Source: Bacteroidota bacterium (GTDB lineage Bacteria > Bacteroidota > Bacteroidia > Flavobacteriales > Flavobacteriaceae). Taken from it: DNA of 64,000 nucleotides. Each line of letters begins with the position of its first letter. Positions within the stretch are counted from its first letter, which is position 1. The stretch covers positions 14,549-78,548 of the forward strand of contig JAZKHI010000027.1 of NCBI GenBank assembly GCA_040385445.1, in the 5' to 3' direction. Made by a program: the position numbers and the translations under genes. This document shows, one piece after another, positions 8,337 to 16,518 of the stretch. The notes under the pieces are model-generated. The model did not search any database. It was not told the origin of the DNA and saw nothing but the letters and a program-made list of their open reading frames with translations.

Positions 8337-10820
8337 ATGACAGAAAAATTATTTGAAAATTTTCACACCAAATTGTCATATGAAAATTTGCATAACACTA
8401 AAGCGTTTGAAAATGAAATCATAATCAATTATTATGAAATATTAGATTTATTAATAATTGATTACAAAAACTATCGTAAATTTTCTCCTTTAATACTTTC
8501 TTCTTTAGAAGACAATGATAGAAAGTCAATTTCTTATTCGTTGTATATTTTTTTTGATTTATTTAAACAATTAACATCTTCAAAAGAAATAATAAAGCTT
8601 GATCAATCAGTAACTAATGTAAAAATTACAGATGAATCAAATGAGAAATTTTTAAAGTTACTAGAAGAAAGTTTAAAAATTAATGATAGATTAAGGATTT
8701 CAGAATTTGAAATAGTTGAAAACGATTTAACTAAAATAGAAATCGAAGAAATAATCTCTTTACAAATTAGCCTAATTCAAGAAAGTGCAAAAGAAATAGA
8801 ATGGAAACAAGAACAGAGTGATAACATTATGTTACAGTTGCCAATATTAAGGTATTTACTTGTAGGTGTAAACAATTCTGAACTTTTTTACTTTATTGTT
8901 GGAATTTTTATTGATAGACTTAATACTTCCGAATTTTATCAAGCAGCAAGAGATGTTTCGGAAGAAATACTAATTTCAAGTTTCAAGGATGGTCATCCTG
9001 AGTTAGGATTTTTAGTTGCTTACAGATGTTACTCAGCTCAAGGAAGTGCACAAGTTGCACTACTTTTTGCAAATGTAAGTATGAATTATGCTTTAAAAAA
9101 TAAAAAAAGAATTACAGATAAATATTTACAAGAATTAATATGGCAATCAATTAAATACTTTAGAAATACGGGATTATATCAATATGCTGAAAAAATTTAT
9201 AAAAGTATTCCCATAAACTTAGAGTTTTCTGATTATGTGCGACGTTCTATCGACCATACCTACTTTACAAGTCTTATACCAATGATGAAAGAAGAATTGC
9301 CAAGTTTATTGTTTGATTATTTAAATAAAGAAAGAGAAAGTATATTTATAGGTGGAGTTCACGAATCGACCCCTTGGTTAATTACCTTATACAACATTAA
9401 AAGACTTTTTCCAAATGCAAACTTCTCTAATACTGGATTTGGGTTTTACATAAATATATTTGAACGTATTGTTCCTGAAAATTTAATTATTAACTACAAA
9501 AACATTATTGATGGAAATTCATCTTCTTTAAAAGAACAATTAAAAAAATCATTAATTAAATTAAATGAAACAAGAAATAAATCAGATATTGTTTATGATA
9601 ATGATATGGCGCTTAAGATTTCTAATAGGATAATAGAAGATGGTTTTGAAAAGAAAGATTCAGAAGCGATTTTATTAGCAATGATGATTAAATCAGATTT
9701 TAGTTTAATATTTAAATCTAAAGAATCTTTTGAATTTGCTCCTTTTATATTACCAACTACTGAAATTGAAAACTTTAATAATATATATAGCGAAAGAGAA
9801 AAAATTGAAAATACTATTTCCAACGATGAGTTTCAACTAACTATTTGGCTTGCGGTAACTGAAGGAAAAGTTTTTCAAATGAATTGTAAAAATAAAATCT
9901 TTAATTTCTTTGAACTTAAAGATTGGGATTGGAAGAAATTTAGAAAGCTTATAAAAGAAAATTATTTTTCAAGTATTACTTTTAATGACACTATCAAAGA
10001 TAAAGGTGGTGTAAGAAATGTTTATGAAGAAGAACATATTCAAGAAGCAGAAATGTTATATTCGGAGATTTCATTTTCTAAATTAACTATTGATGATGAT
10101 GCAAAATCTATTTTTTTGATTAAAGATATGGAACTAGCGAATTTTCCTCATAACTTATTTTCAAATCAAAATGGGGATTTTGTACATTTGACAAATCCTA
10201 TAACCAATATTCTATCAACAGAATGGTTTTTGTCTGTTGAAAAAACAACAAAACTCAATAAAAACTATTCTAAATCTATTTGGATTCCAAAAGATGAAGG
10301 TGATTTTACATTGAACCAACTATATTCTAAAATAGAAGACACTTTAAAAACAAATAATTTTAACATTCAAATAAAATTAGAAAGAGATTCCTCTATTACA
10401 TCTGATTTAAATATTATTTGTTCACACGGTGACAAAGATATTGCAGAAAAGCAAATTATTTACCCTTCAGAAAAACCGTTAACAAATCTTAATAAAGTTA
10501 TTGGAAGTGGAGAAATTTTGATTTTTTTAATATGCCACTCTGGTTCTTATCAAACAGAGTTTTTTAGAAATAATATAACATCTTTAGTGAAAACATATAT
10601 CGAAAAAGGGTATAAAGCTGTAATAGCACCATTCTGGGGTTTACATATCAATGTACCCGAAATTTGGCTACCTGAATTTTTAAATTCATTCAATAAGGGT
10701 GATTCAATTGATATTGCACTTTTTAATGCGAATAAAAAAGTTTATGAAAAATATCCAACTCCAGCTGCTTGGTGTGCAATGCATTTATATGGTAATCCAA
10801 ATTTGAAAATAGAAAAATAA
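8337..10820 (+). CDS. Cassette 3: large helical protein with C-terminal CHAT (caspase-like) protease domain
   Basis: IICSHG and IFLICHSG catalytic His/Cys, GYKAVIAPFW, terminal WCAMHLYG motif. Confidence 0.8.
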   Translation: MTEKLFENFHTKLSYENLHNTKAFENEIIINYYEILDLLIIDYKNYRKFSPLILSSLEDNDRKSISYSLYIFFDLFKQLTSSKEIIKLDQSVTNVKITDESNEKFLKLLEESLKINDRLRISEFEIVENDLTKIEIEEIISLQISLIQESAKEIEWKQEQSDNIMLQLPILRYLLVGVNNSELFYFIVGIFIDRLNTSEFYQAARDVSEEILISSFKDGHPELGFLVAYRCYSAQGSAQVALLFANVSMNYALKNKKRITDKYLQELIWQSIKYFRNTGLYQYAEKIYKSIPINLEFSDYVRRSIDHTYFTSLIPMMKEELPSLLFDYLNKERESIFIGGVHESTPWLITLYNIKRLFPNANFSNTGFGFYINIFERIVPENLIINYKNIIDGNSSSLKEQLKKSLIKLNETRNKSDIVYDNDMALKISNRIIEDGFEKKDSEAILLAMMIKSDFSLIFKSKESFEFAPFILPTTEIENFNNIYSEREKIENTISNDEFQLTIWLAVTEGKVFQMNCKNKIFNFFELKDWDWKKFRKLIKENYFSSITFNDTIKDKGGVRNVYEEEHIQEAEMLYSEISFSKLTIDDDAKSIFLIKDMELANFPHNLFSNQNGDFVHLTNPITNILSTEWFLSVEKTTKLNKNYSKSIWIPKDEGDFTLNQLYSKIEDTLKTNNFNIQIKLERDSSITSDLNIICSHGDKDIAEKQIIYPSEKPLTNLNKVIGSGEILIFLICHSGSYQTEFFRNNITSLVKTYIEKGYKAVIAPFWGLHINVPEIWLPEFLNSFNKGDSIDIALFNANKKVYEKYPTPAAWCAMHLYGNPNLKIEK

Positions 10821-10827
10821 AAAGCCA

Positions 10828-10964
10828 GGATACAACAGCGGTTTTAAGAAATTGGGTTTTTATGGCTTTATTTAAAGTTTGTTTTGTATTTTTGATTCTC
10901 AGTGCTTAATCGAAAGTTTCGGGCTTACAAATCCCAATTTCTTAAAGCCGCGGACGTTATGAGC
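10828..10964 (+). repeat. attC-like site 3 (family A)
   Basis: GGATACAAC ... GTTATGAGC cores; arms gcggttttaagaaattggg / cccaatttcttaaagccgc (18 of 19 complementary); loop resembles site 1 (ttttgtatt..., cgaaag, aatcccaa). Confidence 0.85.
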
Positions 10965-11025
10965 AATTGTATCGTCGATTCCAAAATACAGTTCGATCCT
11001 AAGCACAAAAATCAAAACTCATTTT

Positions 11026-11571
11026 ATGAGAGACAAATTTCAATATAGATTATCAAAAGATCAAAAAAGCGAAATAGCTCAAAACCTGATCGATATTTTA
11101 CAGAAAGATGCAAATATTACTGAACATACTAAAAGTTTTGTTTGCAATTGGATTCTTACTGGTCCTGATGAAAAAAGGAAAGCTTTTTTCGACATATGGG
11201 ATATCGTTTTAAAAAATTATTTACCGACTGAGAGACCAATATTATTCCGAGCGTGTAAAAGAGGTATGAGTAATAATAAAATTGCAAGTTTTACTGGACG
11301 GTTAGAGTGTGCAAGAAGAATAGCAAATGGAAGAGATTATTTAATAATTTGTGATACAAAAGAAGAACTCGAATTTGAAGATGAATTTTATAACGCTGGC
11401 GAATATGAACATACATTTTATCCACTTGTTGATGTTTTAATAAAAGCTAAAGATTCTCTTGGGAATGGATTCTCTGAAAGGATGCAGGAATATATTGGAG
11501 AAGACGAATATATTATGAGAATTAACGTGCAAAATGTCAATAAACTTAAGTGGGTAAATTATAATTCGTGA
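11026..11571 (+). CDS. Cassette 4: hypothetical protein with ADP-ribosyltransferase-like motifs
   Basis: ILFRA...IASFT...GEDEYIM resembles R-S-ExE; fold call is inference. Confidence 0.45.
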   Translation: MRDKFQYRLSKDQKSEIAQNLIDILQKDANITEHTKSFVCNWILTGPDEKRKAFFDIWDIVLKNYLPTERPILFRACKRGMSNNKIASFTGRLECARRIANGRDYLIICDTKEELEFEDEFYNAGEYEHTFYPLVDVLIKAKDSLGNGFSERMQEYIGEDEYIMRINVQNVNKLKWVNYNS

Positions 11572-11583
11572 AAATAAACAACT

Positions 11584-11718
11584 GCCCATAGCATGGTTTA
11601 GCATAATAGCTACAATTCAATAAAGCACACGTTCGATTTTCCGCTGGAAAATCTTATCTTAGCAAGAAATAATCGTTCCACGAAACCGCACTGCGTCAAG
11701 CCTCGGAACGTAGTGTAC
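11584..11718 (+). repeat. attC-like site 4 (family B, degenerate cores)
   Basis: gcccatAGC (AAC mutated) ... gattttccgctggaaaatcttatcttagcaagaaataatcgttccacg ... caagcctcggaac-GTA. Confidence 0.75.
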
Positions 11719-11736
11719 AAGACTTAGAACCGACAT

Positions 11737-13179
11737 ATGGAAGAAATTTATCGTAAAAATATAGAGTCGGAATTAAAAAGAATGTCAAGCTTTTTATTAA
11801 ATGAAGATTATGTCTTTGAACATCCTAACTTTCCAATAAACAAATGTAAATTGAATTTATCAAAAGATATTGACAAAGATGTGATTGATTTTAAATTACA
11901 GATAAACTCGACTATTTTCCCTAATGATATTACTTTTAAAAAACTCGGACTTAATATAACTTCCAAAATAAAATCTAAACAAGAGTTTTTATATATTCCC
12001 GAAAAAGGCGTAACACAAATTCTCGCGAAGACGTTTATACCAACAGAAATTCTAAAAGGTGAAATCTCCAGTATTTATACGGCATCTTTTCCATTAAAAC
12101 ACAATTCATTTTTTAGGCTTATTTTTAAGATTAATGAAAAATATGGCCTAACTAATTTTTTAGGTTCAGCCTATTGGTGCGGTAAAATTAATTATTCTTT
12201 AGGCTTAGTTATTTTAGAAATTGATAATAATACTTTCCATGTTTATCGTCATAGGGAAAATGAAAAAACTTATCTAGTAATCGAAGTTCTAAATGAAATT
12301 TCGTTTGACAATTTTAAAATTTCCTGTGATTCAATTCAAAAATCAATTGCATTCTTAAATGGAAATTATCATCAAGACGGACATTTTTTCTTTAGCTATA
12401 GTTCTGCAAATTTTGAAGAAATTGGTTCTCTTTATTATAAAAATTTTAGTAACTCAGTAATTTCAGATTTTGAATTAATAAACCCCCAACAGTATAGAAG
12501 TTATATGGAAAAGCCAGGAGAAAATCTTAAGCTTACACCATTATTATTTCCAGAAAATACTTTGTCCAACTTAGTAAATTTTGTAAAATCAAAACCTCAA
12601 TTAGAAAGAACAATTGAATTGATTATTTATGGAAATGAAATTAGATCACCATTAATTAGATGTTCTACTTATAGCGTGGCTTTAGAAACAATTGTATCAC
12701 TAGTTCATTCTGAAAATAAATCAGTATTTAAACCTTTAAAAAAATCTAAAAAAATTGGAAAAATATTACTTGAATTACAAACGGTAATTGATAATTCTAA
12801 AAGTGAATTATCGGAACAAGAATTTAATTTTCTATCTAAAAAGATAACTTATCTTAACATGCCATTTAATAAGGATAAATATCTATTGGCATTTGATTTC
12901 TACAACATCCAACTGCCTGAATATCTTAAAAAACTTCTTAACACGAGAAATCTTTTTTTTCATGGAAAAACTCCATATGAAGAAGGTGAACTTAACACAA
13001 GAATTCAAGAGTTACATTTAGAAGCTGATAGAATTCATATGTTAGTCTCTATTCTTGTCCTAAAGTATGTAGGATATAAAGGTCACATAAAGAATCAAGC
13101 AGGATATAGAGTAGCAATGAAAAATATTTACGAAGATTTAAATATTGAAAATGATGAAAGTGCTTTTTACAGAATATAA
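11737..13179 (+). CDS. Cassette 5: ApeA-like protein with C-terminal HEPN domain
   Basis: SVALET helix and RNLFFH (Rx4H) motif after a beta-rich N-terminal region. Confidence 0.7.
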   Translation: MEEIYRKNIESELKRMSSFLLNEDYVFEHPNFPINKCKLNLSKDIDKDVIDFKLQINSTIFPNDITFKKLGLNITSKIKSKQEFLYIPEKGVTQILAKTFIPTEILKGEISSIYTASFPLKHNSFFRLIFKINEKYGLTNFLGSAYWCGKINYSLGLVILEIDNNTFHVYRHRENEKTYLVIEVLNEISFDNFKISCDSIQKSIAFLNGNYHQDGHFFFSYSSANFEEIGSLYYKNFSNSVISDFELINPQQYRSYMEKPGENLKLTPLLFPENTLSNLVNFVKSKPQLERTIELIIYGNEIRSPLIRCSTYSVALETIVSLVHSENKSVFKPLKKSKKIGKILLELQTVIDNSKSELSEQEFNFLSKKITYLNMPFNKDKYLLAFDFYNIQLPEYLKKLLNTRNLFFHGKTPYEEGELNTRIQELHLEADRIHMLVSILVLKYVGYKGHIKNQAGYRVAMKNIYEDLNIENDESAFYRI

Positions 13180-13183
13180 TCCT

Positions 13184-13321
13184 GCAGACAACCGCGGTTT
13201 GCCGCAATAGGTACAAATCAATAAACAACACATTCGATTTTCCAGCGGAAAATCTTTATATTGCAAGAAAATAATCGTTCCACGCAGTCGATACTGCGCC
13301 AAACTGCGGAACGTTAGTAGT
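13184..13321 (+). repeat. attC-like site 5 (family B)
   Basis: GCAGACAAC-cgcggtttg ... gattttccagcggaaaatc ... caaactgcggaac-GTTAGTA. Confidence 0.85.
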
Positions 13322-13440
13322 AATTTTACGTGACGAAGACGAATTCATTACTTAAGAAGATAAATGCTTATGGGAAAAGTGAATTTATAGGAATTGTAAA
13401 AGAAACTGAAACTGAATTTAAGACTTAATAGACAAATAAA

Positions 13441-13917
13441 ATGAGTGAACTCATTACTGAAGAAAATAAATTGAGTGATTCCGAAAAACTAGATTTCTTA
13501 TTCGAATGGGCAGTTTGGGGGCATTTGAGTTCAAAAAAAGACCTTGAATCAATTTTATTAAAAGGGCATTTAATGTTAGAAACTGCTCTTGAAAGAATAT
13601 TATCAAGAAACAAAATCTCACTAAATGAAAATGATTCGTTTTTTAGAAAATTAATATTATTAGAACAAAATTTAAAAACCAATAATTCTAACAGAGATTT
13701 TATAATATACTCATTAAAGAAAGTTAATCTAATAAGAAATAAATTAGCTCACGAAGTTAATTACACGGAATTGGACAATAACATTGAAAATTGGTCAAAA
13801 GATATAATGGAAAATCTTAAAGGTAAAAAATTCACCAAATTTACCTATCGAACAAAAATTGTACATTCCTTTTCAATATTGACTATTAACTTGCTAAGAA
13901 TAAATAACTATCGCTAA
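13441..13917 (+). CDS. Cassette 6: small stand-alone HEPN-type protein
   Basis: ILLKGHLMLE helix and IRNKLAH (Rx4H); the stop codon lies inside the GCTAAC core. Confidence 0.7.
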   Translation: MSELITEENKLSDSEKLDFLFEWAVWGHLSSKKDLESILLKGHLMLETALERILSRNKISLNENDSFFRKLILLEQNLKTNNSNRDFIIYSLKKVNLIRNKLAHEVNYTELDNNIENWSKDIMENLKGKKFTKFTYRTKIVHSFSILTINLLRINNYR

Positions 13918-13990
13918 CAACGGTTTACACAATAGCAACAAATCAATAAACCACATGTCGATTTTCCGCTGGAAAATCTTATATTAACAA
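13911..13990 (+). repeat. attC-like site 6 (family B, 3' half missing)
   Basis: TCGCTAAC-aacggtttacacaatagc ... gattttccgctggaaaatcttatatta, then similarity stops. Confidence 0.75.
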
Positions 13991-14027
13991 TATGATTAAA
14001 ATCTAATTCTAAACCAATATTGAACAT

Positions 14028-15395
14028 ATGGGGAAACCAACAAAATCACCTTCAGATAAGTTACAAACAAAACTTAAAAATCTTAAAGTTAATTCTTCTA
14101 TTGTAGAATATAGACGAAAAATAAAGATTCGTAACAAAATAATCTTTTCCTATTCAAACACGTCTATTGATTATACAAACCGCAGATACTATGAAAGTAA
14201 AAAAGATGATTTAGTTGAAGAAAATTTTACTGTTTCAATTCCTTTAAATCACGAAAACTTAGAAATTTTAAGTACCAACATTATTAATCCTCCATTTGGA
14301 GCAAAAAAAATCATAGATACTTTTCGGAGTTTTACTGGGACTTTATATGATGTAGTTGTTTTGGGATATACGGAGAATAAAATTTTAGAAAATAAAATTT
14401 TTATAACTAAAGAGCTTTACGATACAATTTTGAATATAGACAAAGAAGAAGGTAGAGACAAAAAAGCAAGGTTCACTAATAGGATTGCCCCATTTATAAG
14501 TTCTAGTTTTCAATTAACTCTCCCTAGCTTAACAGCTAAAAGAGATTTTTCACTTCTTTTGAAAGAAGTTATTGCAAGTGGTGAGTTAACACAAAACGAC
14601 ATTGTTACTCTATCGAATCACCTAAATACTGGAGAGAAAAATGAAATTGTTATCCAAAAACAGGTTACAAAACAAGTTAAATGGTTAATTGAAACTATTG
14701 AAAACATAATAGATGAAGGTGAACTAAACACACAGAAAGCAAAAGATTTAGGAAATACTCTTTTTGGATTTAATAAAAGTGATATTTCAGGACCTGAACA
14801 TTTGATGGAATTAATTTTATCAAAATATGGTCAATATACTTTATTTGGAGTTCCTGCTCTACTAAACACAAACAAATATGTGGTACATTCTGGAGGGCTT
14901 ACTAATTCTCAATTTGATATAATACTTATAACTCATCTTGGAGACATTGAAGTAGTAGAACTCAAAAGACCCGATCAAACCATTTTGGAATATGACCAAA
15001 GCCGTGGAAAGTTCTATCCTTCCAAAGACTTGTCAATTGCAATAGCACAAGCTGAAAGATATATTTCGGCAGTTAATAGAGACAATGACCAAGATTATAC
15101 AATCAATGGAAAAAAAATTAGAGAATTTATTAATGATGAAATTGGAGGTACTCTGTTTGTTGAATCTGTTAGACCAACTGCCCTAGTTATTATTGGTTCT
15201 TGGATTACGATTACCAAAGATTATAGTAAATTAACATTAGAAACAAGACATAAAGTTACTAAAAAAGATTACGATGATAATGGATTACGGGCTTATAAGG
15301 AATTGAAAAACTCTTTTAAAAATATTAAACTTTTAAATTATTCTGAGCTTTTAGAGCATGCAAGAACGAGATTACAATTAATGAAAACTGCATAA
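14028..15395 (+). CDS. sduA: Cassette 7: Shedu (SduA, DUF4263-type) anti-phage nuclease
   Basis: FDIIL...VVELKRP...SKDLSIAIAQAERY...RPTALVIIG...LLNYSELL, the PD-(D/E)xK + QxxxY Shedu signature. Confidence 0.8.
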   Translation: MGKPTKSPSDKLQTKLKNLKVNSSIVEYRRKIKIRNKIIFSYSNTSIDYTNRRYYESKKDDLVEENFTVSIPLNHENLEILSTNIINPPFGAKKIIDTFRSFTGTLYDVVVLGYTENKILENKIFITKELYDTILNIDKEEGRDKKARFTNRIAPFISSSFQLTLPSLTAKRDFSLLLKEVIASGELTQNDIVTLSNHLNTGEKNEIVIQKQVTKQVKWLIETIENIIDEGELNTQKAKDLGNTLFGFNKSDISGPEHLMELILSKYGQYTLFGVPALLNTNKYVVHSGGLTNSQFDIILITHLGDIEVVELKRPDQTILEYDQSRGKFYPSKDLSIAIAQAERYISAVNRDNDQDYTINGKKIREFINDEIGGTLFVESVRPTALVIIGSWITITKDYSKLTLETRHKVTKKDYDDNGLRAYKELKNSFKNIKLLNYSELLEHARTRLQLMKTA

Positions 15396-15406
15396 ACTAA
15401 AGCACT

Positions 15407-15532
15407 ACACACAACAGCGGTTACCACAATAGCTACTTACCCATAAGTTCGATTTTCCGATGAAAATCTTATCTTAGCAAGAAATAATCGTTCCACGCAG
15501 TCGCTAATAAATCAAGCTGCGGAACTTAAGAG
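15407..15532 (+). repeat. attC-like site 7 (family B, GTT core has lost its G)
   Basis: ACACACAAC-agcggtt ... gattttccgatgaaaatcttatcttagcaagaaataatcgttccacgcagtcg ... caagctgcggaac-TTAAG. Confidence 0.8.
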
Positions 15533-15560
15533 AAATTTTAAATCAACGAAACTTAATATA

Positions 15561-16025
15561 ATGAAGCAAAAATTTTATCAAGCTTATGACGAGTTATATG
15601 AAATGTACCCTGAGGGATATTTTCTTCATAGGTTTGCATCTCATGATAACTTTTTATTTAAACGGCTCTCTTCTGAATTAAGAGAATTTTATCTAAAACA
15701 AGAGCAATTAGTAGAATCATTAAAAATAGAAATTGAAAAGTTTGAATTTCAACATAGATTCCCATTTAGACCTGACGCAAAATACTTCTTAATAAGTAAT
15801 TTTAATAATATGATTGTTAAACCGATTATATTTCAAATTCTTCGTGATGACAAAGAAACAACAGAAGAACAATTAAAAAACTACTTACTTACAGATGTTC
15901 AAACAATTATGTCAAATGCTTTAGCTTACAAGAAAGAAGAAAAAATATCAGGACACGATGTTTTAAAATCAATTGATTCACTTTGGCCACAACTTCAATC
16001 AACTAAAATGGAACTTTGGGGATAA
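15561..16025 (+). CDS. Hypothetical protein, possible histone-fold-like
   Basis: ORF is clear; FRPDAKYFL...IMSNA...KISGHDVLKSI weakly resembles histone-fold alpha2-L2-alpha3. Confidence 0.5.
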   Translation: MKQKFYQAYDELYEMYPEGYFLHRFASHDNFLFKRLSSELREFYLKQEQLVESLKIEIEKFEFQHRFPFRPDAKYFLISNFNNMIVKPIIFQILRDDKETTEEQLKNYLLTDVQTIMSNALAYKKEEKISGHDVLKSIDSLWPQLQSTKMELWG

Positions 16026-16513
16026 TGGAAAATAAAAGATTTGCAATAAGTACGGGTATAACTATAAGCAGTAATTTAGTCAATGCTTGTCTATCGATGC
16101 TGGCTATTATTGGGGCCATATTTATTTTCATAATTGAAAAAAGAGAAACTACAGTTTTTTTCTATATATCAATTTTTTTTAGCTTTTCATCGTTCATCAC
16201 AAGTATTATCTACGGCAGCAAAGGAATTAATTTAGCTCGAGAAAAAGCTTTTGATGGAAAACTAAAACTGAAATACACAAAAAAACATTTTAATTTCCAA
16301 GCAATTACATGCGCTGTAGGTATTATTTTATGTATTTTAAGTATCTTCTTTACCAAAGAAAGAAAAGAATCCAATATTGAGTTAGAAAAAATAAATGGAA
16401 ATTTAGAAAAGTTTATCGAATTAGATAAATCAAGATCTAAAAATACAGATTCATTATTACTAGAAATTAATAATTTGAAAGGAAGAATTGAACGATTAGA
16501 AAACAAAAAATAA
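16025..16513 (+). CDS. Membrane protein (about 3 TM segments) with C-terminal coiled coil
   Basis: Hydrophobic stretches at LSMLAIIGAIFIFII, VFFYISIFFSF and AVGIILCILSIFF; TAATG stop/start overlap with the upstream gene. Confidence 0.65.
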   Translation: MENKRFAISTGITISSNLVNACLSMLAIIGAIFIFIIEKRETTVFFYISIFFSFSSFITSIIYGSKGINLAREKAFDGKLKLKYTKKHFNFQAITCAVGIILCILSIFFTKERKESNIELEKINGNLEKFIELDKSRSKNTDSLLLEINNLKGRIERLENKK

Positions 16514-16518
16514 AAGAT

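Noticed and set aside
7385-15532. Intergenic repeats as a CRISPR array, or the element as a CAST
   Set aside because: Repeats are about 130 bp and separated by whole genes; no cas gene is recognisable in the element.
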